In this document: positions 38,619 to 52,700 of the stretch, in pieces
Position numbering within the stretch: position 1 is the stretch's first letter
How the letters are laid out: each line of letters begins with the position of its first letter
Assembly (NCBI GenBank): GCA_002633005.1
Contig: NMRA01001110.1
Coordinates: forward strand, 1 to 53,848
Reading direction: 5' to 3'
Length of the DNA: 53,848 bases
Source: Phoronis australis
Taxonomy: Eukaryota > Animalia > Phoronida
Notes under the pieces: model-generated
The model's input: only the letters and a program-made list of their open reading frames with translations
What the model was told of the DNA's origin: nothing
The model's database searches: none
Translations under genes and position numbers: made by a program

Positions 38619-39024
38619 CTGAAAAGACAAAATACGCAGGATGAAAAGTTGGTGTCGCTATAGTGAAAATGAAGATAAACAATACTAAGTGCACGTAGTC
38701 CAGGAACTTTTCATTTGTAAGGTGACACTCTCGCTCAATATTCTGTCAAAGTACAACATCCTGATTCTAAAAATAACCAAACCAGCTTGTACTTGAAAGT
38801 TTAGGTTCTTCCGATTGTCACAAGCCAGGAAAAAATAACATATTAAGATCCTCGAAAACACTCAAGATGACACATCAAAGACATGCTACGCAGCTCCGAC
38901 CCCAGTAGAAAGCTGTAATTATAGACACAGATCAAGGACCCGAAAACAATTACATATCAATTAAATTGAGCGGGAGACGTTGAGCAAAGAGCATTTACCA
39001 CAATGATTACCTGCTAAAACTTAC

Positions 39025-39160
39025 CCCGTTGGTAATAAACTGGAATCTGGTGACTCTAATGTTCTTCACAGTCTGGAATACGTCGACGCCCTGTTCAACT
39101 TTGATCTTCTCAAACAGGTTGGCAAGAGTACAAAAGTATCCGCCACGAGTACAACCGTCC
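39025..39160 (-). pseudogene. PTP exon (136 nt, P-loop second half)
   Basis: cag|g DGCTRGGYFCTLANLFEKIKVEQGVDVFQTVKNIRVTRFQFITNG|gtaagt. Confidence 0.93.
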
Positions 39161-39559
39161 CTGAAATGGGCCATTTAGTGTAGAACTGGCAGGAACAATA
39201 AATCAATCTACAAAGTTATGCAAACCCCTTGCAGTGGAGGTAGTGAATTCAATTCTGATGGGAAAATCGCCCCAGGTCCCGACATGCTCATCCATTACAA
39301 TATTTTTTGTCTGGCTCTTGATGATTACGACTACCATTTTCAAAATGGTTTAACGAATAACTTATTTGGGTCAAAAACATCGGGTTTGCCTGAACTGAAG
39401 GATCATTCTCCTCCTGAAAAAATGTGCTGTATTGAAAATAATTCTCTGCAATTAATTCAGTGATCTACTATCCACACTGTCTGTGTCACTTCAAGTTAGT
39501 TGTAAATGCTAGTGAATCTATACACAATCAACCAGTATTTACACAACTAATCTCTGTCA

Positions 39560-42500
39560 ACTCAGAATGAATTGCTGCAGCTAAAACAACGGCATTCTCC
39601 ACACGCAACCGAGTACACCTATCCTAAGTTCTTGCAAGTACATCTCTTGGACCTGCAGTTGGGCTTACACGAGCATCTCACTACTTTCAGCAGGTTCTTT
39701 GGCGCTGCTGAATGGTCCGTCGTCGTGGGAATGAATTTTCCACCTGCCAGCATCCATCTCCAATACAGCGAGTCTAGGCCACTGCCACGGAAACTTGACC
39801 GCTCTTGCTCATGACAATATGTCCCGGCAGCATGGTATTTAGCTACTGAAAAAAGGTGGTGATAATGACTGTATTTGGGCTGTGGCTAGTCCGACACCTC
39901 ATCCACAAATTGCCTGTATCGCAAATCATCCAAATTTCCAGAGCCAGTACTGCCATGAAGCACAGATACAACTCTTGCCAGCTTCAAATGTCTTGCTTCA
40001 GCTGTATGTGTCTAGTGAATACTCTTACCAGAGTTTTTCCAGAATTCTCGATCACGCAGTTTCTTGAATGGGAGAGCCTTTGCTAATATCGAACAGCTGT
40101 AATGTTGTGTTGCAACCACCTATTGCATGCGCAAATGGCAAAACTGCACAAGTTTCGGCACCAAAAGACAACTGTAGTTCCTTGATGTCCCAGACTCTCC
40201 TCTTGCTTTGGTGTCTCTTGTCAAATTTCATGTTCATGAAATTTGTTGTGAAGTTTCATGGTAACGCAAAAGAACCAACAAGTCTGTATCGTCTGCAATA
40301 AGGGTAGTTGGACCTTGTGCTGCGTTCTCTACTGCTGTTTCTACAATTAAAACGACTGTGTCACCTTGAGCTTGTACCACTGTGCAACCAGCATTTCCTA
40401 GCAAACTTGACAAGAAGTGAGTGAATCGTTTGTTTTTGCTTTTTGCAAAAAAATGTTCCTTTTTTATTTGATCACCATGTCATCATTGAATTGAACTTCA
40501 GTTCCATCCACCCCACCCAGTCTTCGAACATGAATGGCATCTTTATTTGATGGTCCATCTCAGTAACCATCAAAAACAACAATAGGCTGGGTGCACTTGC
40601 TGATGTAATCCACATGACCTCTACCAAATGACTGATACCTTGCACCTCTAGGCCATGGAATACGGTGACGGAGAGAACCACCGTCGATTACATGCATCAC
40701 CGTGTTTTCTGGAAATTGAAATTCTCAGGTAGTCCTCCACTGGACCAGAGTGCATCAGTTCATATTGATTTATTAGCGACTCTGGGAAGACCAAATGTAT
40801 CAAAAAGAACCGGGGAACCAACACACAGCTCAAACTTCAAGGCTTGATGAACTTTCACTGTTGTCTTTTGCAGCTGTCACAGACGTCATGCCAGCAATAA
40901 GATCATCATACCGCTTCAGACCAGCTCTCAAATCATCATGAAGAATATCATTGGCCATTGATTCTTCTGACGAACTATTCTCTGTCACTGTGGATTCTGA
41001 AGACCTATGCTCTGATTCAGTCGTTTTTGAATATACCAATGGCAGTAGGTCGTGAGGGCATTCCACTGTAATCCAAGGTTCAGAATCAAGACACTGGCTG
41101 GACATGGCATGCCCCAGAGTATACATCTAGTTATGTGATCAGTTGGGATGTCTGGGATGTCTAAAGAGTCTGTCTCCATATTCTGACGAGCCAAAATTTG
41201 TGTACAAGCATTGAACTGCTCCACCTCTTGGCATGTAATCTGTGAGTTCTGTATTGGTGACATTCCGGACTCCTGGAATTTCTGAAGATCCTGAATTTAT
41301 TTCTTCATTGGTTTTGGATTGGCGTTACTTGATCTGTCAATACTTGGAAGTGGGATGTTGAATGTTCTGGCTTTTACGATAGCATTCAGTGCCAACATAT
41401 GCCCCCTCACTGCTCTATCCACACTTTTTCCATTTAACATAAGGATCACACTGTTTGTTGTATACACCATCTCAAGAACTCCTTGAAGCACTGTGCTTGA
41501 CATTCCAGAATGCTCATCTCAGTATGAAATTTGCCAAGCCTGGCTAAGAACAAGTGACTGCAGATCAGTATCGTTTTGTTTGCAGGCACTAATTTCCTAT
41601 AAAATCAGTTGAATATGTTCATAAAAAGCATGCACAAAAACTAAATTGTGGGTCCTAACTATTAAAATTTAATTAATAACTTTTTGTTACACAATCCTAT
41701 TTGCTTTTCATCAAATTCAGGTGAAATCAGCAGCCAATTCTCAATACATGCCAGCAGCAGACGAAATCGATGCTTGGGAACAACTAATAATATCTCCAAT
41801 AGCAGAGAAAGAAGCCACTTCCTGCCCAATTTTATTAAGGGTTTGTATAATGAATAAGCCAATAACTCCACCAGAATAACACATTTTCCTAACAAATATT
41901 ATTTTTGATGCCTCAAATGAATATATTTTACAGAAAAATAACTGAGTTTGTGAAATTTATAATGAAAATTTAACTAAAGCCTTTTCTGAAAAACACACCA
42001 ATTTTTATGTTGTGTAATCTAAAATGTGATTAAAATTCCACATTTAGTATATAAATCTTAAATCAAATTATAGAAACAATCAACTCATTAACCCTGACTG
42101 TAGATTGTAAGATGTTTTTGTGTAAATGCGTATCAGGTTACAAACAAAGTTTGCAGAACGTAAAAGCGATAAATTGGGGTTTGTGAATTGGCAGCCATTT
42201 TGGCGGCCATTTTGTCAGCCATCTTGATTTTTTCTCGCAAACCAGTGTCCAATTGTAAGGTCCAGATATTTTAAATTGTCTAACTTATAAAAGAATAAAA
42301 CTTTTGCCATTTTCAGGGCAAAATATGAAAAAGAAATCTTGCAACATGTACCAAATTGCCCTTTCGGCCGCCATTTCGTCGGCCATATTGGTTTTATTTT
42401 ACGGAAAATTGGCATCTTTTGATTGGTATGCCTGTTATGAAAAGTATATAATCAATGACAAACTTTATTGTTTTATTTTTAGCTGTTTCATAAGAGTAAT

Positions 42501-42695
42501 ATGCCAGAAAACAGTAATCACCGGCTTTGTCGGCCATTTTTCCGCCATCTTGAAAAACCGACTTCCGCCATTCCGATTTCGGTAGAATTTTTCTCTGACA
42601 CCAAGGGAGGTTTGAAGATGCCATTTATGCAAAAAAACCTTCTGTTGAACTTTTTTCTAGGTTGGGCCCTCTGGAGCCCTAGAATGACTGGACCA
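39560..42695 (-). mobile_element. Academ-like DNA transposon remnant within a PTP intron
   Basis: Degenerate motifs RLGKFH, MLNGKSVDRAVRGHML, IDGGSLRHRIPW, IADDTDLLVLL, FAHAIGGCNTT and Cys-rich tail APKNLLKVVRCSCKPNCRSKRCTCK..ACGECR..CSN. Terminal region rich in GCCAT(T/C)TT repeats, ending (rc) TGGTCCAGTC. The other end was not identified. Confidence 0.72.
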
Positions 42696-42967
42696 TACGC
42701 CATCTGATGTTTAACCTGGAGAAACAGTGGAAACTCCAATGGCCCTGCCCATGAACATTAAGTGGGAGAGGCAAGGCGCTAATAGTAAAGCGACAAAAGA
42801 GACATTAACTAAATAGCTGTACTTAATTGTCTTCCCTGACTAAAACACCTGGTGGGTTTAAAGAACCATTGATATGTCTGAATCAGCTGACAAGGCAGAA
42901 CCGATGAAGTCATTTCTACATTCAACATGATTCGTTTATGAACATAAAACTTGCTAAATTTACTCAC

Positions 42968-43131
42968 AAACAATCTATTACAGCTGCGTTTTTCCCGGTT
43001 TGTTTCTGTTCCAGTTACACAATTTCATTAAGTTCCATAAGGGCACTTTGTAGGTCCGATGGTGGCACAGCCAGTTTGCTTCGCCAGTCTCTTACTTGGA
43101 AGTGTCGGATTTCCCGACCTTTGCTGTTCGG
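42968..43131 (-). pseudogene. PTP exon (164 nt) with in-frame stop
   Basis: cag|PNSKGREIRHFQVRDWRSKLAVPPSDLQSALMELNEIV*LEQKQTGKNAAVIDC(L)|gtgagt. TAA at 43017-43015. Confidence 0.88.
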
Positions 43132-43395
43132 CTGGAAGAAACAAGTCAAAATGTGACAATGGTCTTACTGTTCAGAAAGAAGTTACACGTACTCCCAATT
43201 ATCACAAACATGAGATCTACTGTCCATGGTGAAAATACGTTCATTACTTCAACAGCGCATGAAGTCTGTGGACAGTGACGATGACTCAAAAACGAGAGAT
43301 GATGTACCATGCAACAAACGTCTTAGATTTATGCACTACTGAACTCCAGATTGATCCAGACAACACGAACAATGCAAAGTAACCAATCCAATTAC

Positions 43396-43483
43396 CCTCC
43401 TCGTGTCAGTCAAAATCAGTCAATTCCACTTCATACCATCCAAAGCGCACAGACTCTTCATCCGGCCAGTATTGAGGACAAGT
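43396..43483 (-). pseudogene. PTP exon (YWP), shortened and frameshifted
   Basis: tag|TCPQYWPDEESVRFGWYEVELTD..|gtaatt. 88 nt, out of phase with the next exon. Internal ttgactga direct repeat. Confidence 0.85.
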
Positions 43484-43670
43484 CTAAAACAGTGGGTTAC
43501 CAGCAACATGAGTCATATTTTGCAAGGACCCTTTAGTTTGCTTAGAGTGAGATCGAGTATAGCACAATTAAGGCTATGAAGGACCTTCGAGACAAGTTTG
43601 TGCACTCACCTATTAAGTTACAAAACTAAGAAAATTGACTAAAGTAAATAATTTCTTACAGTAGGAAACA

Positions 43671-44907
43671 TGTAGTGTGCCCCTTGCAGTAGGCGTTATA
43701 TGGTTTTGTTTGCTCGACCCAGTTGGTAGGCAATCGGCCAATACCCATTTGTTATTATGTACCCATTTGGTACTACGCTAACCTGTGCCACTTAGCATCC
43801 GATACTCAGTTGTACTTTGGGTATCGGAAATGTGTGTGTGTTATCTCTTGTAATTAAGAAACCCATCTGGTTCCTTCTGTAAAATAGTTATTTGTAGAGC
43901 TGTGACCATGAAATTCCCAATACAACTTAAAATATACATTATTCTTGTTGTTTTATTTGTCCCCAATAATGAGATTTATGGCACTCTGACATAAATCCTA
44001 TTATTTGGGCAAATAACATTATACAGCCCTTCATGCTTCATATCCAACTCCTAGTTAGTTCCTACCAAGTCCGATGGTAGCGCTGTTTGTTCTCTCTCTC
44101 CAGCTTCCTGTTGGCCAGCCTCAAGCAACAGTATGTTAACTCGTAAGTTTTCCTAATTAGCCAATTTTATACTTCTCCCACCCTCCCTACCCTGAGTACC
44201 ACGACATCTCCTCTCAACCGATTCATACCTTTCCCACACTCTCTCCCTTTCGTCGAACAAAATCTGCTGTTGTTTACTGTTGTTTTTGCAGTCCCAGCTG
44301 GTACCTTCTTCAGGCCCGGAGCGTCATACCGTCTGGCAAGAACCGACGTCATTGGCTAGCGACCCAACCTGTACTCGAGCATCCATCACTGCAGCTTGCT
44401 TCTCTCCACCACGGTCACAGCTCTCGGCACATACTGAGCCACAACACCACGTTCCTTAGAATATCTCTTTTTATCACTCCGGCTGGTCTGCTCACTCAGC
44501 TTGTCCGGAACTCTGCTTTGCAGGTTGTTATAGTCCAGTTGGCTGTTTGGTGTACCCACTTTGATATTTGCCCATTTGGCAGTTTGTACCCACTTGGTAC
44601 TTGTTATTGAATTTGCCGTTTTGCTCGACCCAGTTGGTAGGCAATCGGCCAATACCCATTTGGTATTATGTACCCATTTGGTACTACGCTAACCTGTGCC
44701 ACTTAGCATCCGATACTCAGTTGTACTTTGGGTATCGGAAATGTGTGTGTGTTATCTCTTGTAATTAAGGAACCCATCTGGTTCCTTCTGTGAAATAGTT
44801 ATTTGCAGAGCTGTGACCCTGAAATTCCCAATACAACTTAAAATATACAGTATTTTTGTTGTTTTATCTGTCCCCAATAATTAGATTTCAAGTCATTTGT
44901 CACTGCA
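43671..44907 (-). mobile_element. Solo-LTR-like element containing a 269-bp direct repeat
   Basis: TGTAGTG...CACTGCA termini. 43709-43977 repeated at 44620-44888 with about 9 differences. No TSD seen. Confidence 0.5.
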
Positions 44908-46355
44908 GTATGTGTTCTTCTATTTCGCAGTTTTTAACAAGCGAAATACACTCCAGGTGACACATTTGGTTTTGTTTTCTTGGTTGACATCTGTACTATA
45001 GAAAGCAGAACATGTAGACTTTGATTTTAACTTGAGACCAAAATGTCATTAAAAAGGGATCAGGTAACTATGTCCTTACAGTAAAATTCAGCACAAAAGA
45101 AAGGTTCAAGGACATGACAAAAATTCATTCGACATATATTATCAAAATAAACTCTCAAGCGATTTGCAACAGTTTTTACAATATCATTTCCTTTTCGTTT
45201 TATTCAACATTTATGTTCACAAAACCCGGACACCACATGCACGAGTGCAACGTTTAAAAACAATTCCTAAAATGTGTACATCAAACAAAGTACATCGACC
45301 TTTCATATCAATCAGTCCCTTCCGAGACAACATGTTTTGAACTTCGTCAAAATTGAGCCTTTTTCTACTGCCTACCTGTACGTAATAAGATAGTGGTGGA
45401 AGTGAATGCATTAAGGTGAGGGGCCGTATTGGGGACAGAAGGTAATCAGTAAAGAATACCCACAGTATATTTGGAGTGGGGAGATTAAATGCTATGGTTC
45501 TACGAAAAAGAAATCACCCAGAAGCTCCATACTAAAGCTTAGTTGAGCCCTTTCCTCAAACGACCTCATGCTAGTGACGATACTTCAGACCTCAGTTTAC
45601 AGAGATAACAGCAGTGATTTTTTTCATTTACACGTTCTATTGAAAGTCAAGTGCCAGGCAATATTGTTTTGGAAAATCAATAGAGGGTTAAACAAACAGA
45701 AATCTTAATGACGAGACCACGATGAACATACTTAATTGACTCGCTGGTTCCCTGCTTACCTCTTGGTGGTCATTAGCCAGGACACAGGAACCACTTAATT
45801 TTCCTCGAGAAATTTATTCACACCGGAGTTTCTGATTGCCTAGTTGAATTCTCAACAGGCAGCCCTTTACGCAAACTAACTGGCATGATTGATGGAGCAG
45901 CAAGCGTAAAAGTGGTCTGTTGTACAGGCAAGCAGGTCCTTAACATTTATGTTCAAGAAATGTGAAACCTAGAAATTGTCGTTGCGCCCTTTTGGAGTGC
46001 ATCTTTCTACTGTCGACGACTTTTGTTTGCGATAGTGTTCTGTATTCATACAGTGTGAATAACACACAGGTTAAATCGGCCAGATATGTGTTTATTGTAC
46101 ATGTACACCTGTATGTGCTTCAAGTACGCCGGCTATTAAACAAAACTGCAGAAACGAAATACTTGGTGCGACACCACTTGACCACTCTAAAAATCGTCCA
46201 AAGTTCGTCAATTTTTCACGGTGTTGTAAAGCTAACCAATGACTGCTGAGGTTACATCAACCAATGCTAAAGCTCGTGCCACAGCTTGATCCTGCGTGCT
46301 GGCTAGGCACGTAGGGAAGCAGCAAGATTCAATCGACAGCACGTGGAAAACTTAC

Positions 46356-46490
46356 GTCATCATTTTGATTCGCATCACTCAGCATGAGGATCACGTGGCA
46401 ATCCTGATCGTGAACCATCCTCCAAAAATCACCAACGTTGTTGGGTAACGGACTCTGTGCGACGATAGATGCATCCCGTTGATTACATCC
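46356..46490 (-). pseudogene. PTP exon (135 nt)
   Basis: cag|GCNQRDASIVAQSPLPNNVGDFWRMVHDQDCHVILMLSDANQNDD|gtaagt. Confidence 0.93.
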
Positions 46491-47297
46491 CTGTGAAAGC
46501 GTACAGTTCTATGACACAGCGATATGACCAACCGATAGCAATGGATAGATGCTTTTCTGAAATCTTCCCCCACAAGCCCAAATCGGTTGAAATCGACGAA
46601 AATACGACGGTGCAGACCCCAAGGTTTGAAAACGAAAGAAATATTTGACAAATTATGAACGTGAAATATTCCCAACTATTGGCATTTGACAAACACACTA
46701 ACAAAATCACCAAGTAAGACGGGTGAGCACAGCACAGGAATAACCAGAATTTCGCAACATGCGCGCACCCAGCCTAAAGCGTAAGGATGTAGGGGGTCTT
46801 GAACCTTTGGGTTTGAGGACCTTATTTCTATAAAACGCTAAACAGGGTTTGTTCAGGACTATCCCAGTAAGCATTACAGTATTGGCCCAGTACTGGGTAT
46901 CTGTTGCTTGATAACACTTGTACCGTATATCGGTTTACGTTTCTGGGCCACGAATGGCCCAGTAAAGACCAACAACACTAACCCAGTAAACCTTTCTCTA
47001 AGCGGCTCGCCGGTAATGGAGAGCTATTGGCCCTATATCTCTCGATCAGTTAACACAGCCTTGAACACAAGAGGGCAGTTAGAGGCTTGCCCACAGGAGG
47101 ACCAGGCTTAACATTTTAAAGCTAAAACTTTTGGGTTATCATTAAAAATCACCATTAGATGTATGACAATAAAAACTTTCCATTTTTTATAAAAAAATAA
47201 TTACCATCAGCTGTAGTACAGTGTAATTTTATTTTTTAAAGAAAAATTTCCACCAGATGACCCTCATGAAAAAACGCCATTTTGAAAATTCCGTTAA

Positions 47298-48659
47298 AGA
47301 ACCTTTGACTCTTGAGTTGTTTAGAGTTTGAAACCAGCGTGTGTAACAGAATAGTGAAGGATTTTCACAGTGAACTTAAGATTTCTGGTAAGTTTCATAC
47401 TTTTTCACTTTGCATGCCATGCTAGTGTCTGTAAGAGTATACAAAACATGATTTATACTACAGACCTTCTCAGCTTCTGATCGTCGCCAATACAAATTGG
47501 GCCTACAATATACTACACGATATGACACTCGGGATTCGCACATGTCAAACACAAAACTCAATAAATGTACACAAAACAGGGGTCCAACAAACCACGAGCA
47601 AAAAATCTTTCTCCTGGTAGCATTTACGGTGTCCTGCTCCAGCCATAGCCACAAGTGTCCTCATCTTCTGATCGTCCCCTACGGTCCTACACACTACATT
47701 ACATTTGGGTGAGCAAACCGAAATACAAATTTCACCACCAGCACTTGAAATGAGTGTTTAAATGAGAACTTTAGACATTCCATGTATACGACATTTTTAA
47801 TTTCTCAAATCGGTTGGGCGGTTCTCCAGTTATTTAAATTTTAGAGCTTCTAAAATGGCCTTTTTTAGCAAACAGAAACCTGAAATTTCAGGCCACAGAA
47901 AACGGCACGTTTAGACAACTATAATATGTAGGAAATCATAGCCTACTGTATTCCTAAAACAAGAAAGAAAGTCTTTTACAAGTAGGTTAAGAAGATGGCA
48001 TCGGCACCAAATCACAAACTATTATATTTTGCACGAGCAAGAAAACAAAAATTGAAAAATTCACCATCGACAAATAAATTCATAATAACCAAAAAACAGA
48101 AACATAGTCCTTTTCAGAATTTTTCATTATTTATTTTACAACCTTTGAGGTTATGTGAATTATTCTTTTTTCCTAAGTAAGATTAATGTTTTCACAATCT
48201 TGTGTTGCATACCATTTGACAAAAAATGATATGTATTTTTTATTAAACAAAATTAAATTGGACCCTAAAAGTTCACAGAATTTTACACCAATTTCATTCC
48301 TATCAAATAATATAGAAACAGAGAGGTGCTGTGTTGGTGACTTTCCAAAAAGAGTATATTCGTATTTTAAAATGTTTTGATGCACTGCAGCGTTGACTGA
48401 ACTGTTTTCTAAAAATGACGCCACCAAGAGGTAGAAAAATTAAGAAAGAATAGTTTTGAAGAAAATAGAAAAAAGACTCTATCCTCAAAACTGAGGTTAA
48501 TTTGAAATTTAAAAATATTCTACTATATTTTAATGAAAATATTTCACCAGTTTGGGCCGCCATTTTTATAATAAAAGAAGTTTTGACTGGTTCTGTAAAG
48601 ACCGTTTGACCAATCAGGTTCGAGTTTAGTTTGAACCCTGGAAAGGTCAACATGGTTCT
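47298..48659. mobile_element. Nested Kolobok-like non-autonomous element
   Basis: TTAA|AGAACCtttgac ... gtcaacatGGTTCT|TTAA. Confidence 0.55.
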
Positions 48660-49249
48660 TTAAAAGTGACTGAAGTTATCTTTTTTAGAAGTTTTCCTAA
48701 ATGGGAATGGTGAGATAAAGTGAAAAAAGTACATTTTCTCATAATTTTGTCAAAAAATAAAAAGTGTACACTCAAGGTTGAAAGCAGAATTTTTAGCAGT
48801 TTGATGTAAGTATCATTAAAATCGGTTCAGTAATGGCATTAAGCAGCTGAAAGTTTGACTCGTGCTGTAAGTCACAAGAATTTGCCGGTGTTTGAAAAAT
48901 ATGTGAGGTGTTCGCTCTACTTTAATTTTTAAAAATACTCTTTAATGCCCAAGTATTTTGTAATGGATATCAATAGAAAGAAGAAAAATAAAATATTTCA
49001 CTGGCATACTTTTCATTTTCCACTACATAGTATGATAATAGATATGAGCCTGTGAAGATCATGAAAAATGGCAAAATTTCACTCTTGCTGAATTTCTGCC
49101 ATATTGGTTTGCTCACCCTAACTCCAAATAAACGCGTAAGCTTTTTGGGAACATTCTTATGCTTTGACTGCAGATCTTTTGTTAACTCGGTGAAGCAAGA
49201 CACCTTGAATGGTATTTGAAGATTGAACAATTGCTAAAGGTTTGTTGAA

Positions 49250-49740
49250 ACCATGTTCAGTTTTGTGTTTGATGTGGACGGCTGAAGTGAAGCACCCCTG
49301 GAATTCCTTGTTCCGAGTGGCATACCTTGTAATATTATGTACAGAAGCTGGGGACATCCTTCGAATTGCTCATGGTTTACCGAACCCTAGTGTTGTGTAA
49401 ATTTAACGAGTTTTGTGTTTGTTATGGACAGCTGTACTGACCCAGTGAAGCACACAAGAAATTTTTAGTCTTGAGTGTCATACTCTGTGGTATATATGTA
49501 TAGTGTATTGTATACGATCAGAAGCTGAGGGCGTCTGTGAGTTATACCACAGGCGTCCTCAGCCTCTGAGTCTGACCGTCCCAAATGCACTATAATACAA
49601 AAAGGTCGGACACTCGATTTTAGTGTGAAGTGAACCACTCATGGAATTCCTAGTTCCGAGTGTCAAGCCTTGTAGATATATATGTAGTGTATTGAGATTG
49701 ATCAGAAGTTGAGGATGCCTGTGATTTTCAACACAGGCAG
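49250..49740. repeat. Degenerate tandem repeat, ~160-180 bp x3
   Basis: Recurring gtgaag..gaattcct.gttccgagtg.ca..c.tgt..tat..gta..cagaag.tg.gg at ~49288, ~49445 and ~49625. Confidence 0.7.
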
Positions 49741-52700
49741 AGGAATTTCCCCGATGACCTATAAGTTAACCATATTATACATATAAAGGTTGGACACTGT
49801 TCTAAATCCAAGTAAAATCGGTGTGCACCTCCCTCAGACTGGTATTGCTTAAACAGGGATATTCCTGACCACACTTGGACCTGTGCCCTTTGGGTGCCCC
49901 TGATGATAACAATTGTGTATTTTTCAAAAGGTTGTGTCCGGTAATTAAGTGGTAACATAAGAAACAAACCTCAAGTACATTAACAATTCGAACACAAGTC
50001 CTGCTCTCGTAAAAGTTTTAAACAGGAAATGGTAATTTACGATTAAATATTGGAAAATGTCAATGGCCTGTTCACTCATTTTAATGAAATCTGCAACATT
50101 ACCCGTAAGTTTTACGGCTGTACGTTGACTAATAGAATCTTGCATTTTTGGAAAAGTTCGTTTTAAAAGATGCGCCTGGGGGTGGCACTACTACAATGTA
50201 CTTGTGCCCTTTTGTATGCACTAATAGCACAAATGCGCATCCAGGAATATGCCTGCATAAACATCAGAAACCTTGTTTCCTTGATTCGTTTGAACTGTCC
50301 ATGTAGTGAATGGTGAATTGGTTACAGAATTTCCAAAACAAACACAAAACTCTGAATTCAAGGATGCCAAATAGTTTACACGTTGGATTTCACTTGTGCT
50401 TTAACTTGTACGCCTGTGGAAGATAGAATATTGTGTTTGTGCAATCAACCCGTGTCAAAATCAAGAAATTCGTATGCAATTTAGACTTTCATTTACCCGT
50501 AATTTGTATCAAATTATAGCCCCTTTTTATTACTTACTAGTAACCTATACTTTAAATGCAATGTGTTCGATCTTGACTTTATGGACTACTCTGTTTGAAG
50601 TGCAGCGTACACTTGGCTTTGGTGGAGATTTCTGATGTCAGACCATAGGTTTAGTTACAGGAAATTAGCTATCGGCAACTGTGGGTTTTCGCAGTAATCC
50701 CAAGTTAGTGATATTTTTGCTTTTAAACAAGGCCATTTTATGAGCCCAGAGTTTAAATATATTCAAATCGAAATTAAATTATGTAAACGACACTCAACTA
50801 GCATTATATAAAAATAAAACTAATGTTATATTGTAGCAATTTAGATCTAAATTATTGCAAAAATGATGTGTTTTGTTTCAAAAAAAGATTAACACCATTC
50901 ATAAATTAGAATTAAAAAGTAAGTACAACCTTTATTTCAGACAATAACTAAAACAATGCCTTCTGTCGCATGAATGGCTGCAATGTGAAAATAATTACCA
51001 TCTTCCTTTGTTCAATGACGTCAAGGCATCGGTCAATCATTGTGCAGAAAGTAATTGCCATAACCAAGCCTCAAATGGCTAAAACCATAAGCGCCATCTT
51101 GAGGCTTAGGGACAAAGTTGAAAAGGTCACATCAGTGTCAATTGTGTGTAAACACAGACCAAAACCATCACTTGATACTCATAAGACTTTTTGTAACAGA
51201 TTGTGAAGTATTTTCAGGAATTTAAAAATTCAAAATAGGCAATAGACATTTTTGGAAGAAATGAAATGAATAAAAAGTCGCTTCTGAAAATATGTATTAC
51301 AAGAAACTGAAGTCCTACAACCAGCTGTAATACTTGTGTTAAGAAAGGGTGAAACATTTATATCTTGCAGATTATACATTTCAAATAAGTTTCGTGTTTG
51401 AATGGTGTACAGTTTCTTTAGGTAATTCTTATTATGCATAACTTATCTGGAAAATGAATAGTTGAGTCTTTTAGTTTGAACTCTAAGATACTAAGCAGGG
51501 TTTGTTTTATTTCAGGGATTGTGGTCAAAGAGCATAGTAATGCTAATGCAAACTTTATAGTAAAAGAGGCACCATGTTCCGAAACACTGAAGACAGGGAA
51601 GAAGGGCGAAGACTGTGTGAAGCTGCCAGTCCACTAATAAGCCCAAGACAGTTTTGTAAAAAATAATTAGTTGCTTAGTTGTTATTTACATAATTCATAA
51701 GTATTTTACTTGATCAGTTTCATAGTAATAAAAGTATTAAAGAACAAGAGTGTTTTCTTCTTTTAAGTCACAGCTACTGTACTGGCTTAAAATGAGCCCA
51801 TCCATGGTCCTGCACTGGGCCAACACAGTCTGTCAACACTGGCCCATTACAGGGCCGAAACCAGTTATTGGTGTACTGGCCCAGTAACGGCGTGGTATTG
51901 GTCCTTTACTGGCTCGATATCGGAATCTTGTATCGGGCCCAATGAGGGAAGGTGTGCAAAATGCTATTGGGCCAGTACTGACCTCCATCACTGAGCCCAT
52001 ACAGAAGACAGTTAAGGGCCTGTATTAGCCTAGTACCTGCATGTTTACTGGGATGCAGTGGGCAGTCGGCCCCCGAGTCCCTCTAGGTGCGCGTATATGC
52101 CATTCACCAATTTGCACCCCGAACTGCCAAACGGAATCTGGGAGAATTTTAGGTGGGCGGCTTGGCCTCCTTGAACCCCCGCCCCTCTTTTAAATCCGTC
52201 AATGAATACTGCGTTGTTTGGGTTCAAGTTGTCGGAATCAAGCCTCCGAACAACTGTCGGATAGAATAATACAGACCACAATGAAAGTTACAGTCAACAC
52301 AAACGAACATTCCATGTTTCCAGATCTTCGAACTTGCGTTTTTTATTGTCAAGGAGGACACTAAAGTGATATTGCACCATGAAGCTAGGAACGAATAACC
52401 AAGAGTATAAATTCAAATATCAGAGAGACAAAGGCAAGGGTGACATCTACGGCAATCACAGAAAGCAAATGTCAGTTTTAAATAAAGAGGCGGGAACAAG
52501 GGATCAATACATTTCTGTTGACTACACGCGTTTCACTGCTGTGCATTTCTGCGACCAGTCAGTTGCTGAGTGAGTAAACCCATCGGTCACACACTCCATT
52601 TACCATGAAGGTGTTGAATTTATGATTGTACATAATATACATCGTGTCACGCATGCACGAAGGAACGATAAATCAGAAAAATGAAGCTGCAACCAAAATG

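Larger units (their letters stand above)
46863..52052. mobile_element. 5.19-kb non-autonomous DNA transposon (CMC/EnSpm-like) within a PTP intron
   Basis: AT|CCCAGTAAGCAT ... ATGTTTACTGGG|AT: 12-bp TIR with 1 mismatch and a 2-bp TSD. GGCCCAGTA subterminal repeats at both ends. Confidence 0.65.

Noticed and set aside
18980-49910. CTGATGA motifs as possible hammerhead ribozymes
   Set aside because: None I checked is followed by a stem II and GAAA core.
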